A stretch of 64,000 nt of DNA from Chloroflexia bacterium (GTDB lineage: Bacteria > Chloroflexota > Chloroflexia > QHBQ01 > JAICKM01), in the NCBI GenBank assembly GCA_050998805.1, contig JBPCPV010000029.1, positions 15,768 to 79,767 of the forward strand. Reading direction: 5' to 3'. Under the pieces are notes generated by a model. It was not told the origin of the DNA. It saw nothing but the letters and a program-made list of their open reading frames with translations, and did not search any database. The position numbers were made by a program, and so were the translations under genes. This document shows positions 1-9,968 of this stretch, in pieces; the stretch's first letter is position 1; every line of letters starts with the position of its first letter.

Positions 1-66
1 TGCTGCTCTTGCGCCCGGCCAGGCCCAGGCCGTTAATGCGCTGTTCGAGCGGTTCCCCGATTATCA

Positions 67-561
67 ATGGGATGTCCAGCAGAGCAGCAGCCTTCGTACC
101 GAGTTGTACAAGGCGCTGCGACCGTTGGTCGGCGCGGCCCACATGATCGAAATGACCAACACCCTTATGAAGTTGCAACGGGTATGAAGGCGGCCCCTCT
201 GCCCACCACCACGCCAGCCAACGGCAGCCGCTGGTACGATGCCGATGATCTACGTTGGGCGGCGGTCCACTGGGCGGCGCGCATCGGAGTACACACCCCG
301 CACATTCACCTGCGCGCCATGCGAACCAAGTGGGCTTCCCTGTCTACGGCGGGCCGCATGACGCTCAACACCGACCTGCTCGGCATACCCACAGACCTGG
401 CCGAGTTTGTGATTGTTCACGAACTGGTTCACCTGCTCGTGCCAAACCACGGCAAGGTGTTCAAGAGCTTCATGGCCGCGTACCTGCCTGATTGGGAAGC
501 GCGCGAGCAGCAGCTACGGACTTACACCGCCCAGCCCGAGAAACCGATAAGAGCACCATAG
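67..561 (+). CDS. YgjP/DUF45-like metal-dependent hydrolase (HExxH motif HELVHL); appears N-terminally short because an in-frame stop at 34-36 prevents upstream extension
   Basis: C-terminal motif ...EFVIVHELVHLLVPNHGKVFKSFMAAYLPDW... typical of DUF45/WLM zincin-like family; first ATG at 67. Confidence 0.5.
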   Translation: MGCPAEQQPSYRVVQGAATVGRRGPHDRNDQHPYEVATGMKAAPLPTTTPANGSRWYDADDLRWAAVHWAARIGVHTPHIHLRAMRTKWASLSTAGRMTLNTDLLGIPTDLAEFVIVHELVHLLVPNHGKVFKSFMAAYLPDWEAREQQLRTYTAQPEKPIRAP

Positions 562-570
562 GAGGCCCAG

Positions 571-1437
571 ATGCTGGCAGGAGCGATTTTCCCGCAGAAC
601 GAGATCGGCAGCGACCCGGTCGTGATCCGTGACTACGCGCAGGCAGCCGAAGGCATGGGCTATAACCACCTGCTTGCCTACGACCATGTCTTGGGAGCGG
701 GCACCGCGAACCGCCCCGGCTGGAGCGGCTACACCGACAAGGATCTTTTCCACGAGCCGTTCGTGCTCTTCGGCTACCTCGCGGGGCTGACCGAGCGGAT
801 CGAGTTCACGAGCGGCGTGATCATCCTGCCGCAGCGTCAGACGGCGCTCGTCGCCAAGCAGGCCGCCGAGGTGGACGTGTTGAGCGGCGGGCGGCTCCGC
901 CTCGGCGTCGGCGTCGGCTGGAACCGCGTCGAGTACCAGGCGCTCGGCCAGGACTTCCGCACACGCGGCAAGAGGTCCGAGGAGCAGATAGCCCTCCTGC
1001 GCCTGCTTTTCAGCCAGGAGTTGGTCACATACGAGGCCGGAGCGGAAAAGGTCCACGAGGCGGGGCTGAACCCGTTGCCGGTCCGCCGCTCGATCCCGAT
1101 CTGGCTCGGCGGCTCCGCAGATGCTCTCCTCCGCCGGGTCGTCGCGCTCGGCGACGGCTGGTTCCCGCAGATGCACCCCGAACCCGAAGGCAGGCTCGCC
1201 GTCGAACACCTGCGCGACCTCGCCCGCGCCGCAGGCCGCGACCCCGCGACCATCGGCATCGAAGCCCGGCTGAACCTCAAAGGCAACAACCTCGACGGCC
1301 TCGCCGAGCAGGCCAGCGCTTGGCAGGCGATCGGCGCGACCCACATCGGCGTCAACACGATGGGTGCGGGCCTCCCCTCGGTCGCCGCCCACACCGAGGC
1401 GCTTGCGCGTGTAAAGCAGATGCTCGACGCCCTCTAG
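571..1437 (+). CDS. LLM-class (luciferase-like) F420-dependent oxidoreductase
   Basis: 288 aa with luciferase-like monooxygenase fold signature (GYNHLLAYDHV..., GGRLRLGVGVGW...), RBS aggaggcccagATG. Confidence 0.75.
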   Translation: MLAGAIFPQNEIGSDPVVIRDYAQAAEGMGYNHLLAYDHVLGAGTANRPGWSGYTDKDLFHEPFVLFGYLAGLTERIEFTSGVIILPQRQTALVAKQAAEVDVLSGGRLRLGVGVGWNRVEYQALGQDFRTRGKRSEEQIALLRLLFSQELVTYEAGAEKVHEAGLNPLPVRRSIPIWLGGSADALLRRVVALGDGWFPQMHPEPEGRLAVEHLRDLARAAGRDPATIGIEARLNLKGNNLDGLAEQASAWQAIGATHIGVNTMGAGLPSVAAHTEALARVKQMLDAL

Positions 1438-1491
1438 CGCGGCACTGGCATCACTCCTGCTATACGATGGCGATACCACAGGAGGGACATA

Positions 1492-1779
1492 TTGCAGAAC
1501 GACGTTCCAGCCATTACTATGTACGGCACCGACTGGTGTTCGGACTCGCTCCGGTCGCGCAGGGTGCTCGAAGGCGAGGAAGTAGATTTCCGCTACGTTG
1601 ACATAGACCGGGACCGTGAGGGCGAAGCCATAGTCATGCGGACCAACCGCGGCAACCGTAGCGTCCCTACTATCTTCTTCCCAGATGGGGCCGTCTTCGT
1701 CGAGCCGGGGGGCGCACTCTTGCGCTCCAAGATCGCTGAACTCCGCGAACTCGGTCTGCTTGATCCTCCGAGAAGTTGA
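1492..1779 (+). CDS. glutaredoxin/NrdH-like small redox protein (mycoredoxin-like, CxxS active site)
   Basis: 95 aa, ...MYGTDWCSDS...VPTIFFPDG... thioredoxin-fold glutaredoxin pattern. Confidence 0.6.
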   Translation: MQNDVPAITMYGTDWCSDSLRSRRVLEGEEVDFRYVDIDRDREGEAIVMRTNRGNRSVPTIFFPDGAVFVEPGGALLRSKIAELRELGLLDPPRS

Positions 1780-1804
1780 CACTGCGGAGGCGTTGCGCTA
1801 TAGT
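1776..1804 (+). promoter_or_regulatory. sigma70-type promoter TTGACA-N17-TATAGT upstream of the Hcp-like gene (-35 overlaps the stop codon of the preceding gene)
   Basis: TTGACA at 1776-1781, 17-nt spacer, TATAGT at 1799-1804; strong RBS aaggagg 6 nt before ATG 1834. Confidence 0.5.
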
Positions 1805-1833
1805 GCCGGTACAACAAGTCAAGGAGGGAAACT

Positions 1834-2319
1834 ATGGCGCATCCTGTCTACCTCGTGCTGAGTGCCGCAGGCACTGAGATCCCAGGCGAAAGTACCGGCG
1901 CAGGCCCCGGCCCCGCAAATGCAATCGAGTGCATCTACTTTGAGCAAGCTGCGACCACCTCGCGCGAGTACGGCGCCGGCATGGCGACCGGTCGGCGCGA
2001 ATACCGCCCGCTCGTCATCCGCAAGCGCATAGACCGCGCCTCGCCCCTGCTCTGGAAGGCGCTCACCGAAGGCCAACCCATCGAGGGCAGCTTCAAGTTC
2101 TTCCGCTCTTCCAGCGAGGGCGTCACCGAGCATTTCTACACCATCGAGATCAAGCAGGCCCGCATCTCCTCCATCCGAGAGTACGTCCCCGACATACTCG
2201 ACCCCGCCACGAAGCATGAGCCTCCCCTGGAAGAGATCAACTTCGTCTTCCACACAAGTTCCTGGACCTACAAAGAGGGCAACATAACTTACCAAGACAC
2301 CTGGATCGCCAGCCCCTAG
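1834..2319 (+). CDS. hcp: Hcp/TssD-like protein (type VI secretion tube protein fold), orphan
   Basis: 161 aa; N-term MAHPVYLVLSAAGTEIPGES, central GRREYRPLVIRKRIDRASPLLWKALTEGQ and FYTIEIKQARISSI match the Hcp1 family pattern (ITKxIDKSSPxLxxAxxxG). Confidence 0.6.
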   Translation: MAHPVYLVLSAAGTEIPGESTGAGPGPANAIECIYFEQAATTSREYGAGMATGRREYRPLVIRKRIDRASPLLWKALTEGQPIEGSFKFFRSSSEGVTEHFYTIEIKQARISSIREYVPDILDPATKHEPPLEEINFVFHTSSWTYKEGNITYQDTWIASP

Positions 2320-2349
2320 ACGAGTTTTGAGTTGTGAGTTGGAGGAAGC

Positions 2350-3705
2350 ATGGCGGACGATTTCGCAGCCTATGATGCCTATATTGAGCGGAACTTCGAC
2401 GGGTTCGTGACCGAGCTGCGGGAGTTTTGCTCGCAGCCGGCGCTTGCCGGACAGAAGATAGGCCTTGCGGAGAGCGGCGATATGGTCCGCGGCAAGATCG
2501 AGGGCCTCGGCGGGCGTGTCGAGTTCGTGCCGGTCGAAGACGGCTCCCCGGTGATCCTCGGCGAGCTGGGCGCGGGCGAGAAGACGCTGCTGCTCTACAA
2601 CCACTACGATGTGCAGCCGCCCGAGCCGCTCGAGCTTTGGGACAGCCCGCCATACGCAGGCGAGGTGCGCGGCGGCCGCTTCTTCGCGCGCGGCGTCGCC
2701 GACGATAAGGGCGACCTGCTCGCCCGCGTGCAGGCGATACGCGCCTATCAAGAGACGGTCGGCCCGCTCCCGTTGCGCCTGCGCTGGCTGATCGAGGGCG
2801 AGGAAGAGATCGGCAGCCCCCACCTCGCACCGGTCGTCCGCGCCCATGCCGATGCCCTGCGCGCCGACTTCTGCGCCTGGGAGGGCGGCGGACGCGACGT
2901 GCATGGCCGTCCCCAGGTCGTTTGCGGCATGAAGGGGATGCTCTACATCGAGCTTCACGCCACGGGGCCGAGTCACGATGTCCACTCCGGCAACGGCGGC
3001 ATCATCCCCAACCCCTCCTGGCGGCTCGTGCAGGCGCTCGCCACGATCAAGGACGCGCACGACAACATCACCCTCGACGGCCTGCCGGACCTGATCGCCG
3101 AGCCGAGCCGGGCCGACCTGGCAGCTGCAGATGCGATGCCTTTTGACGAAGAGGCGCTCGCCCAATTGTACGGGGTGGACCACTGGCAGAGCGACCTGCG
3201 TGGCCGTGACGTGTTGAACACCTTGATGTTCAAGCCGACGGCCAACATAGCCGGCTTCACCAGCGGCTACGGCGGCCCCGGCTCGAAGACTATCGTGCCC
3301 AGCAAGGCCGTCGTCAAAATGGACTTCCGCCTCGTGCCCAACCAGACCCCGGCCAAGATGCTCGACCTGGTGCGTCGCCACCTCGCCCGCCGTGGCTTCA
3401 GCGATGTCGAAGTGGTGGAACTCGGCGGCCTCGAAGTCGGCAAGACGCCGGTGGACAGCCCCTTCGTGCAGACCGCGCTCTCCGTCTGGCACGGCCTGGT
3501 GCCGGGCGGTGCCAACCTCGTTCCGATGACCGGCGGTAGCGGGCCGATCTCGCTGGTAGCCAGCGACCTCGGCATCCCGACCGCGATGGTCTGCGGCCCC
3601 GGCTTCGCAGGCTCTGCGATCCACTCCCCGAACGAGTCGATCAAGCTGGAGGACTACCGGACGACGCTGCGCTACTGGGGGAGGCTGTTTGCACGGCTGG
3701 CGTAG
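2350..3705 (+). CDS. M20-family metallopeptidase / dipeptidase
   Basis: 451 aa; YNHYDVQPPEP...GVADDKG metal-binding motifs of M20/M25/M40 peptidases. Confidence 0.8.
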   Translation: MADDFAAYDAYIERNFDGFVTELREFCSQPALAGQKIGLAESGDMVRGKIEGLGGRVEFVPVEDGSPVILGELGAGEKTLLLYNHYDVQPPEPLELWDSPPYAGEVRGGRFFARGVADDKGDLLARVQAIRAYQETVGPLPLRLRWLIEGEEEIGSPHLAPVVRAHADALRADFCAWEGGGRDVHGRPQVVCGMKGMLYIELHATGPSHDVHSGNGGIIPNPSWRLVQALATIKDAHDNITLDGLPDLIAEPSRADLAAADAMPFDEEALAQLYGVDHWQSDLRGRDVLNTLMFKPTANIAGFTSGYGGPGSKTIVPSKAVVKMDFRLVPNQTPAKMLDLVRRHLARRGFSDVEVVELGGLEVGKTPVDSPFVQTALSVWHGLVPGGANLVPMTGGSGPISLVASDLGIPTAMVCGPGFAGSAIHSPNESIKLEDYRTTLRYWGRLFARLA

Positions 3706-3746
3706 TGCGTATGGGGTGCGGCTGGTAATCGCGAGGGATGATGGAG

Positions 3747-3777
3747 TTTGCACCCCACAGCCCATTTATGGTATAAT
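3747..3777 (+). promoter_or_regulatory. putative rpsF operon promoter with extended -10 (TTTGCA ... TGgTATAAT), followed by a ~130-nt leader
   Basis: TGgTATAAT at 3769-3777; -35-like TTTGCA/TTGCAC 18 nt upstream. Confidence 0.45.
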
Positions 3778-3910
3778 GCCCAACGGCGTATCTTGTGCGC
3801 CGAAAGATATACAAAGATGTTTTGACCTTTCTGCCCCGCGCGGCCCGGAGACATGCACACCCCTCCGTGGCGCGAGCGCAGGGTATGCCCGTAGAAAGGA
3901 GGTGTGTACT

Positions 3911-4213
3911 GTGTCCGATCTGCGCGAATATGAACTGGTCTATATCCTCAAGCCGACTATAGCCGACGATCAGATCCCTGCGTCCGTCGAAAAAGTCAAC
4001 GGCATGGTTTCGGCACGCGGCGGCGAAGTCTACGAAGTGGTGCAAACCCCGCCCTGGGGTAAGCGCCGGCTCGCCTACCCGATCGACCGCAATACAGACG
4101 GCTTCTATGTCCTCAACCACATGCGTATGGACGCTGCGAAGACCGACGATTTCGAGCGTATGCTCAAGATCAACGACGATGTGATGCGTCACATGCTCGT
4201 GCGCGTCAGCTAG
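3911..4213 (+). CDS. rpsF: 30S ribosomal protein S6
   Basis: GTG start after RBS aggaggtgtgtact; VSDLREYELVYILKP...DGFYVLNHM typical S6; the longer ORF in the track is an upstream over-extension. Confidence 0.9.
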   Translation: MSDLREYELVYILKPTIADDQIPASVEKVNGMVSARGGEVYEVVQTPPWGKRRLAYPIDRNTDGFYVLNHMRMDAAKTDDFERMLKINDDVMRHMLVRVS

Positions 4214-4239
4214 CAGCTCGAAAATAGGAGGGCTTTTCC

Positions 4240-4671
4240 ATGGCCGGTCGTGGTCTAAACAAAGTTATGATAATCGGGAACCTCGGCAAAGATCCCGACA
4301 TGAAATATACCAGCAGCGGCAAGCCGATCACAACCTTCTCCGTCGCCGTGGGGCGGGTGACCCGTACCCCCGAAGGCGAGAACAAGGAAGAGACCGAGTG
4401 GTTCCGTGTCGTTGCCTGGGAGAAGCTGGCCGAAACCTGCCACCAGTACCTACACAAAGGCAGCAAGGTCTATATCGAAGGCCGACTGCAAACGCGCACC
4501 TGGAAGGACAACAACGGCCAGGATCACTACATGACCGAAGTGATCGCCAATGAGATGATCATGCTCGACAGCCGCCAGGGGGGCGGCGAGTACCAGGGAG
4601 GCCAGTCGTCACGGGGCGGGCAAGATGTGCCGCCTCCCGATAACGACGTAGACGACGACATCCCATTCTAA
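4240..4671 (+). CDS. ssb: single-stranded DNA-binding protein
   Basis: OB-fold SSB N-terminus, Gly-rich tail ending DDDIPF; canonical rpsF-ssb-rpsR order. Confidence 0.9.
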   Translation: MAGRGLNKVMIIGNLGKDPDMKYTSSGKPITTFSVAVGRVTRTPEGENKEETEWFRVVAWEKLAETCHQYLHKGSKVYIEGRLQTRTWKDNNGQDHYMTEVIANEMIMLDSRQGGGEYQGGQSSRGGQDVPPPDNDVDDDIPF

Positions 4672-4691
4672 CTTAGGAGGAAGAACGATCT

Positions 4692-5090
4692 GTGGATCCA
4701 GTAAGACAAGACGGCCCCAACCGCAATAGCGGCGGGGGCGATGACTCGCAGGGCGGAGGCGGGGGCTACCGCCCATACGGTAGCCGTCCCGAAGGCGGCT
4801 ACCGCAGCGGGCCGAGCGGCCCCGGCGGGCGACCGACCGGCCCGCGCCGCCCACGCTCGAAGGACCGCTTCGTGCCCCGCCGCAAAGTCTGCGGCTTCTG
4901 CGTCGAAAAGCTGCCCTACATTGACTACAAAGACGTGCCGCGCCTGCGGCGCTACCTGTCGGATCGCGGCAAGATCGAGCCACGCCGCAAGACCGGCACC
5001 TGTGCGCGCCACCAGCGCGCTCTGACCGTTGCCCTCAAGCGGGCACGCCACCTCGCGCTGCTGCCCTACTCGGGGCTGCACGCCCGCTAG
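4692..5090 (+). CDS. rpsR: 30S ribosomal protein S18 with Gly/Arg-rich N-terminal extension
   Basis: GTG start after aggaggaag; C-terminal half [45 protein letters not shown] is canonical S18. Confidence 0.85.
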   Translation: MDPVRQDGPNRNSGGGDDSQGGGGGYRPYGSRPEGGYRSGPSGPGGRPTGPRRPRSKDRFVPRRKVCGFCVEKLPYIDYKDVPRLRRYLSDRGKIEPRRKTGTCARHQRALTVALKRARHLALLPYSGLHAR

Positions 5091-5105
5091 AGAGCATACC
5101 GCCAC

Positions 5106-6704
5106 ATGGCTACGAACAAAAAAGGCAACAACCCCGTGCAGGCCCCCCGCCAGATGACGCGGGGCCAGCTCTCGCATCACCAGCGCGAGCTACAGCAGAT
5201 ACGCCGACTCTATATAGGCATGGGCGCGGTCATCCTGCTGATCCTCATTGTCCTCGGCAGCGCGCTGCTTAACGTCTTCGTGCTCCGCCCCAACGAGGAG
5301 ATGGGCAAGGTCAACGGCCAGTCCATCACCCGGAGCATGTACAACAAGTACCGAGCCTGGGTAGTCTTCAACCAGATGCGTACCTACGATTTCTACACCC
5401 AGCAAACAACCGACCAGACCCAGATCACCCAGTACCAGACCCAGATCACGTCTCTACAGCAAGAACTCCAGAATCTAGACAACTGGCCGACGATAGATTC
5501 GGCAACTCTTGGGCAGATCGTGGAGAACCTGATCATCGAGCAGAAGGCACCCTCTCTTCAGGTGAGCGTCTCACAAGCCGATATTCTGGCCGACGCGCAA
5601 AACAACTTCTTGCCGACGCCGACAGCCGTGCCCGGCCCGACCGACACGCCCGGCCCGACCAATACGCCCGGCCCACCGACGCCGACCGGCACCCCGCCGA
5701 CCGCGACCACCGCACCCACCGGCACCCCGCCGACCAGCACCCCGCCCCCGTCGCGCACGCCGACCCACACCCCGACGCCCGGCCCCAGCCCGACCTCCAG
5801 CCGCACGCCGACGATCACGCCCACGCCTCTGCCGGTGCCTGGCGCGCAACAGACGGCAGTTTCCACCTACGACAGCTTCATCGGTGCGCTCTCAGGTAGC
5901 TCCAAGCCGGGAACCGGTTACTGCGCGCTCGGCTGCCCCAGCCTCTCGGTTGACGATTACCTGAACCTCGTCGCAAAGCCCCAGACGCTCTCGAAGAAGA
6001 TCACCGATAAGCTCGGCGAGTCGATCCCGAAAACGCAAGACGAGGTCCACGTCCAACATATCCTCGTGAAGACCGAGGCCGAGGCTAAGGACATCAAGGC
6101 GAAGCTCGACAAGGGCGCGAACTTCGCGGACCTCGCCTCCCAGTACTCGATAGACACCTCGAACAAAGACACCGGAGGCGACCTCGGCTGGTTCCTGCCG
6201 ACCGCAAAGGGCGGGCCGATGGTCAAGGAGTTCTCCGACGCGGCCTTCCTACTCACCAAGCCCGGCCAGATCAGCGACCCGGTACACAGCCAATTCGGCT
6301 GGCACATCATCCGCCTCGTCGAGCGCGCCTCACGCGCGTTGACCGACCAGGAACTCACCACCGCCAAGACAAAGGCATACGACGACTGGCTCCAGAAGCA
6401 GAAAGACAGCTCCACCATCACCAACCTCAAGGTGGCGCTGCCGACGCCGACGCCGACCCCAGGCCCGGCGGTCTTGCCGACCGACGTGCCTTCCGTCCCG
6501 ATAACGAACACCGGCACACTCACCGGCACCGGCACGACAACCGGCACCGGCACACTGACGAACACCGGCACACTGACGAACACCGGCACCATCACCGGCA
6601 CGGGCCTCCCGCCCGCCCCGACCCGCGCCGTCACGCCCCCGGCCTCCCCTCCACCTCAGGCGACCACATCGCCCCAGCCTGGAGCCACAGCCACAACAAA
6701 GTAA
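5106..6704 (+). CDS. membrane-anchored PpiC/parvulin-type peptidyl-prolyl cis-trans isomerase (SurA/PrsA-like) with Pro/Thr-rich linkers
   Basis: N-terminal TM helix, parvulin domain (HVQHILVKTEAEAK...GGDLGWF...GWHIIRL), long PT-rich low-complexity segments. Confidence 0.75.
   Translation: MATNKKGNNPVQAPRQMTRGQLSHHQRELQQIRRLYIGMGAVILLILIVLGSALLNVFVLRPNEEMGKVNGQSITRSMYNKYRAWVVFNQMRTYDFYTQQTTDQTQITQYQTQITSLQQELQNLDNWPTIDSATLGQIVENLIIEQKAPSLQVSVSQADILADAQNNFLPTPTAVPGPTDTPGPTNTPGPPTPTGTPPTATTAPTGTPPTSTPPPSRTPTHTPTPGPSPTSSRTPTITPTPLPVPGAQQTAVSTYDSFIGALSGSSKPGTGYCALGCPSLSVDDYLNLVAKPQTLSKKITDKLGESIPKTQDEVHVQHILVKTEAEAKDIKAKLDKGANFADLASQYSIDTSNKDTGGDLGWFLPTAKGGPMVKEFSDAAFLLTKPGQISDPVHSQFGWHIIRLVERASRALTDQELTTAKTKAYDDWLQKQKDSSTITNLKVALPTPTPTPGPAVLPTDVPSVPITNTGTLTGTGTTTGTGTLTNTGTLTNTGTITGTGLPPAPTRAVTPPASPPPQATTSPQPGATATTK
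6487..6600 (+). repeat. in-frame 18-bp coding tandem repeat (caccggcacactgacgaa-like units) encoding TGTLTN repeats at the C-terminus of the PPIase
   Basis: consecutive near-identical 18-mers visible in the sequence. Confidence 0.6.
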
Positions 6705-6719
6705 CCGAAGCAGACCCAC

Positions 6720-6752
6720 GAGAGGGAGCCGCAAGGCTCCCTCGTTTGCTTG
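6720..6752 (+). terminator. rho-independent terminator after the rpsF-ssb-rpsR-PPIase operon
   Basis: stem GAGGGAGCC / GGCTCCCTC with GCAA loop followed by GTTTGCTTG. Confidence 0.55.
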
Positions 6753-6778
6753 CCTCCTGCCCAGCTTTGCGGTACAAT
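6750..6778 (+). promoter_or_regulatory. putative promoter TTGCCT-N17-TACAAT for the GH38 gene
   Basis: -35 at 6750-6755, -10 at 6773-6778. Confidence 0.4.
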
Positions 6779-6822
6779 GCCTGAACATCGTAGTGACCCA
6801 GCTCATTCCAGGAGGAACCAGA

Positions 6823-9800
6823 TGCAAGTACTCGTGGACGAGGATGTCGCCGGAGCAACCATTCCTGCCGCCGAAACCGAGACCGAAACCGAGGCGGGCA
6901 CGCCCCTGACAATGTACGTCGTCAGCCACACTCACTGGGACCGCGAGTGGTATCTGCCATTCCAGCTTTTTCGGGCGAAGCTCGTCCGGCTGGTAGACAA
7001 GCTCCTCGCCATCCTCGACAGCGATCCCGACTTCGAGTATTTCACGCTCGATGGGCAGACGGTCGTGCTCGAAGACTACCTCGAAATCCGCCCTGAGCGC
7101 GCCGACGAGATCCGCGCCTATGTGGAGAGCGGACGTGTCCTCGTCGGCCCCTGGTACATCCTGCCCGACGAGTTCCTGGTGGACGGCGAGTCGATCATCC
7201 GCAACTTCCTGCGGGGGCGCGCCATAGCCGAGGACTTCGGCGCTTCGATGAACGTCGGCTACATCCCCGACCCGTTCGGCCACATCAGCCAGATGCCCCA
7301 GATATTGCGCGGCTTCGGGATCGACTGGGCCGTCTTCTGGCGCGGCATCGGCACCGACATCCCCGCCACCGAGTTCACCTGGGAAGCGCCCGACGGCAGC
7401 ATGGTGCTTGCCACCCGCCTGATCAGCGGCTACTCCAACGGCCTCCCGCTCTCATTCTCCCTCGCCGCCGCCCGCCGCCAGGTCGCCTGGCTCCGCGAGA
7501 CCCAGGTTCCGCTTTCCTCAACAAATGCCCTGCTTGTCCTCAACGGCGACGACCATATCCCGCCGAGCGAGCACCTCTCCACGATCCTGGCGACCCTCAA
7601 CACCGAGCTGGAGGGCAGCGGCGTCCGCCTCCTCCACACCACCATGCTGGCCTACCGCGAGGCGATCATCAGGGGCCTACAAGGCCGGACCCTGCCGAAC
7701 CACCTCGGCGAGTTCCGCGAGGCCGCCCACGCGAACCTCCTGCCGGGCGTACTTTCGACCCGCATCTGGATCAAGCAGGCGAACTACGCCGCCGAGACCC
7801 TCCTCGAACGCTGGGTCGAACCCTGGGAGGCGATGCTCTGGGCGCTCGCGGTCGCCCACGGCCCTGCCGACATGGACCAGGCGATCAGGATAGACTCGGC
7901 CGCACCCCTGCGCCAGACCGCCTGGAAGTACCTCCTCCAGAATCAGCCGCACGACAGCGTTTGCGGCTGCTCGGTGGACGCCGTGCATGACGAGATGCGG
8001 ACCCGGTACGCAGCCGTCGAGCAGATCGGCGGCGCGCTCCGCGACGAGTCCCTGGCCGGAGTCGCCGGTTTCGTGAATACCGCCGCCGCCGGGGCCGACG
8101 GCCGGCTGGCCGTCGTCGTCTACAACCCGCTCGGCAGCCCTCGCACCGACGTGGTGCAGGTGATTGTCGAATCCACCGCCAGCCTCCTCGGCTTCCGCCT
8201 GCTCGACGAGCGCGGCGAAGAAGTCCCCTACGAGGTGGTCGAGCGGCGCGCGCAGCAAGTCGCTTCCTTCGATCTCGAGCCTCCGGCGCTCGAGACCGCC
8301 CTCGCGATGGCGACCGATGGGCGGGTGATGGGCATGGCCGTGCTCGATGTCTTCATGCACCGCGCCGACGAAGCCGGGGTGATCGATGTTGACGTGACCG
8401 TGGCCGAGGCAGGCGAGCCGGATCTGCTTGCCGTGCAGACCGCCGCCGATGCCGCCCGCCGCCTCGTCTCTGCCGGGCAGGTGCGGATTTTCCGGCTGCG
8501 CGGGCACCACGCGGGGCAGCTTCTCGTCCGCTTTGTCGCCCACGACGTGCCCGGCCTCGGCTACCGCACCTACACCATCGCCCCCGCCTTCGCTGACCTC
8601 GCAGCCCCCCCCGAAACCGGCCTCGAGCAGAGCGCAGAAGAACCGCCTACGTCCATCCCTGCCGAGGCCGCGCCCCGCCCCTCCGCGCTATTCCAGCCGC
8701 AACCCCCGCTCAACCCCGAGCCGCCGGAGGCCACAGGCCCCGGCCCGCTCCACCCGGAGGTTGCCACAGTCGCATCCGCCGGCGCGCCCCAGGGTTATCT
8801 GATCGAAAACGAGTGGCTGCGTATACAGGTTGACGCCGACGGCTCTCTCAGCCTGAGCGACAAGCAGGCAGGGGTGATAGTGCGCCGTGGAAACATCTTC
8901 GTGGATACCGGCGACGCCGGCGACGAGTACAACTACAGCCCGCCGACCACTGACCAGGTGATCGAGGGCTTCGGCGGCCCGCCGCAGATCGAGGTTCGCC
9001 GCGACCACCTCGGCAGCATGATCGTGATCGAAGGCGAACTTGTGCTCCCAGCCTCGTTGAGCGAGGATCGCCTCGCTCGCAGCGCCGCCATCGTCCGATG
9101 TGCGGTCCGCTCCACAATACGCCTCTGGGACGGCGTTCGCCGCGCCGACATCACGACCACGGTTGACAACCTCGCCGCCGACCACCGCCTGCGCGTGCTG
9201 TTCGACGTGCCGGTGCAGACCGACCACTCCGACGCCGAGGGCAGCTTCGACGTGGTGCGCCGCCCCGCCGGTGTCTACCCAGGCAGCGAGGACTGGTTCG
9301 AGCCGCCGGTCCCGGAGTACCCGCAGAAGAGCTTCGTCGCCGTCGGCGACGGGCGGCGCGGCCTGCTGTTGGCTAACCGCGGCCTCCCCGAGTTCGAGGC
9401 CCGGACCGGCGGCGACGGCACGCTGCTCGCCCTCACCCTGCTCCGCTCGGTCGGCTGGCTCTCCCGCGAAGACCTGGCGGTACGCCCTGCCGGTCATGCA
9501 GGCCCCGGAGTGCCCTCGCCCGGCGGCCAGACCCCCGGCGTGCATACCTTCGAGTACTCGCTGGTGCCCTATGCCGGGGACTGGCTCGGTTCCGGCGCGT
9601 ACCGCCAGGCCCACAGCTTCGCGGTGCCACTGCACGCCGTTGCAGAGCAGCTTCACGACGGCCCTCTGCCCCAGACCGGCGCGTTGCTCGCCTGCGAGCC
9701 GCCTGAACTGATCCTCAGCGCCCTCAAGCGCAGCGAAGACGGCACCCGGCTGATCTTGCGCGCCTGGAACATCGCCGACCGCCCGCTCAGCGCCCGCATC

Positions 9801-9968
9801 ACCCTGCCGGCCTTCGTCAAGTCGGCTGAGGTAGTTCGCCTCGACGAGACCGCCGACCCCGATGCGGCGGCGCTGACCTGGGAGGCAGGCCCCCCGCCGC
9901 GCGTTTCGGTCGAGGTCGGCGCGAGCCGGATACTCACCCTCAGCCTCGCGGTGCAGGATGGCCGCTAG
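6823..9968 (+). CDS. glycoside hydrolase family 38 alpha-mannosidase
   Basis: VVSHTHWDREWYLPF, GGWYILPDEFL, IPDPFGH motifs of GH38; likely start ATG 6823 after RBS ggaggaacc (track ORF begins earlier at 6750). Confidence 0.85.

Noticed and set aside
1-66. upstream continuation of the DUF45-like gene beyond the window
   Set aside because: An in-frame TAA at 34-36 blocks extension; any longer N-terminus would require a frameshift, so only flagged as possibly truncated rather than called a pseudogene.
514-1782. 422-aa ORF on the minus strand
   Set aside because: Antisense to the well-supported F420 oxidoreductase and glutaredoxin-like genes; no recognisable domains; typical high-GC antisense open frame.
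1819-3765. 648-aa ORF on the minus strand
   Set aside because: Antisense to the Hcp-like and M20 peptidase genes, low-complexity Ala/Gly/Arg composition.
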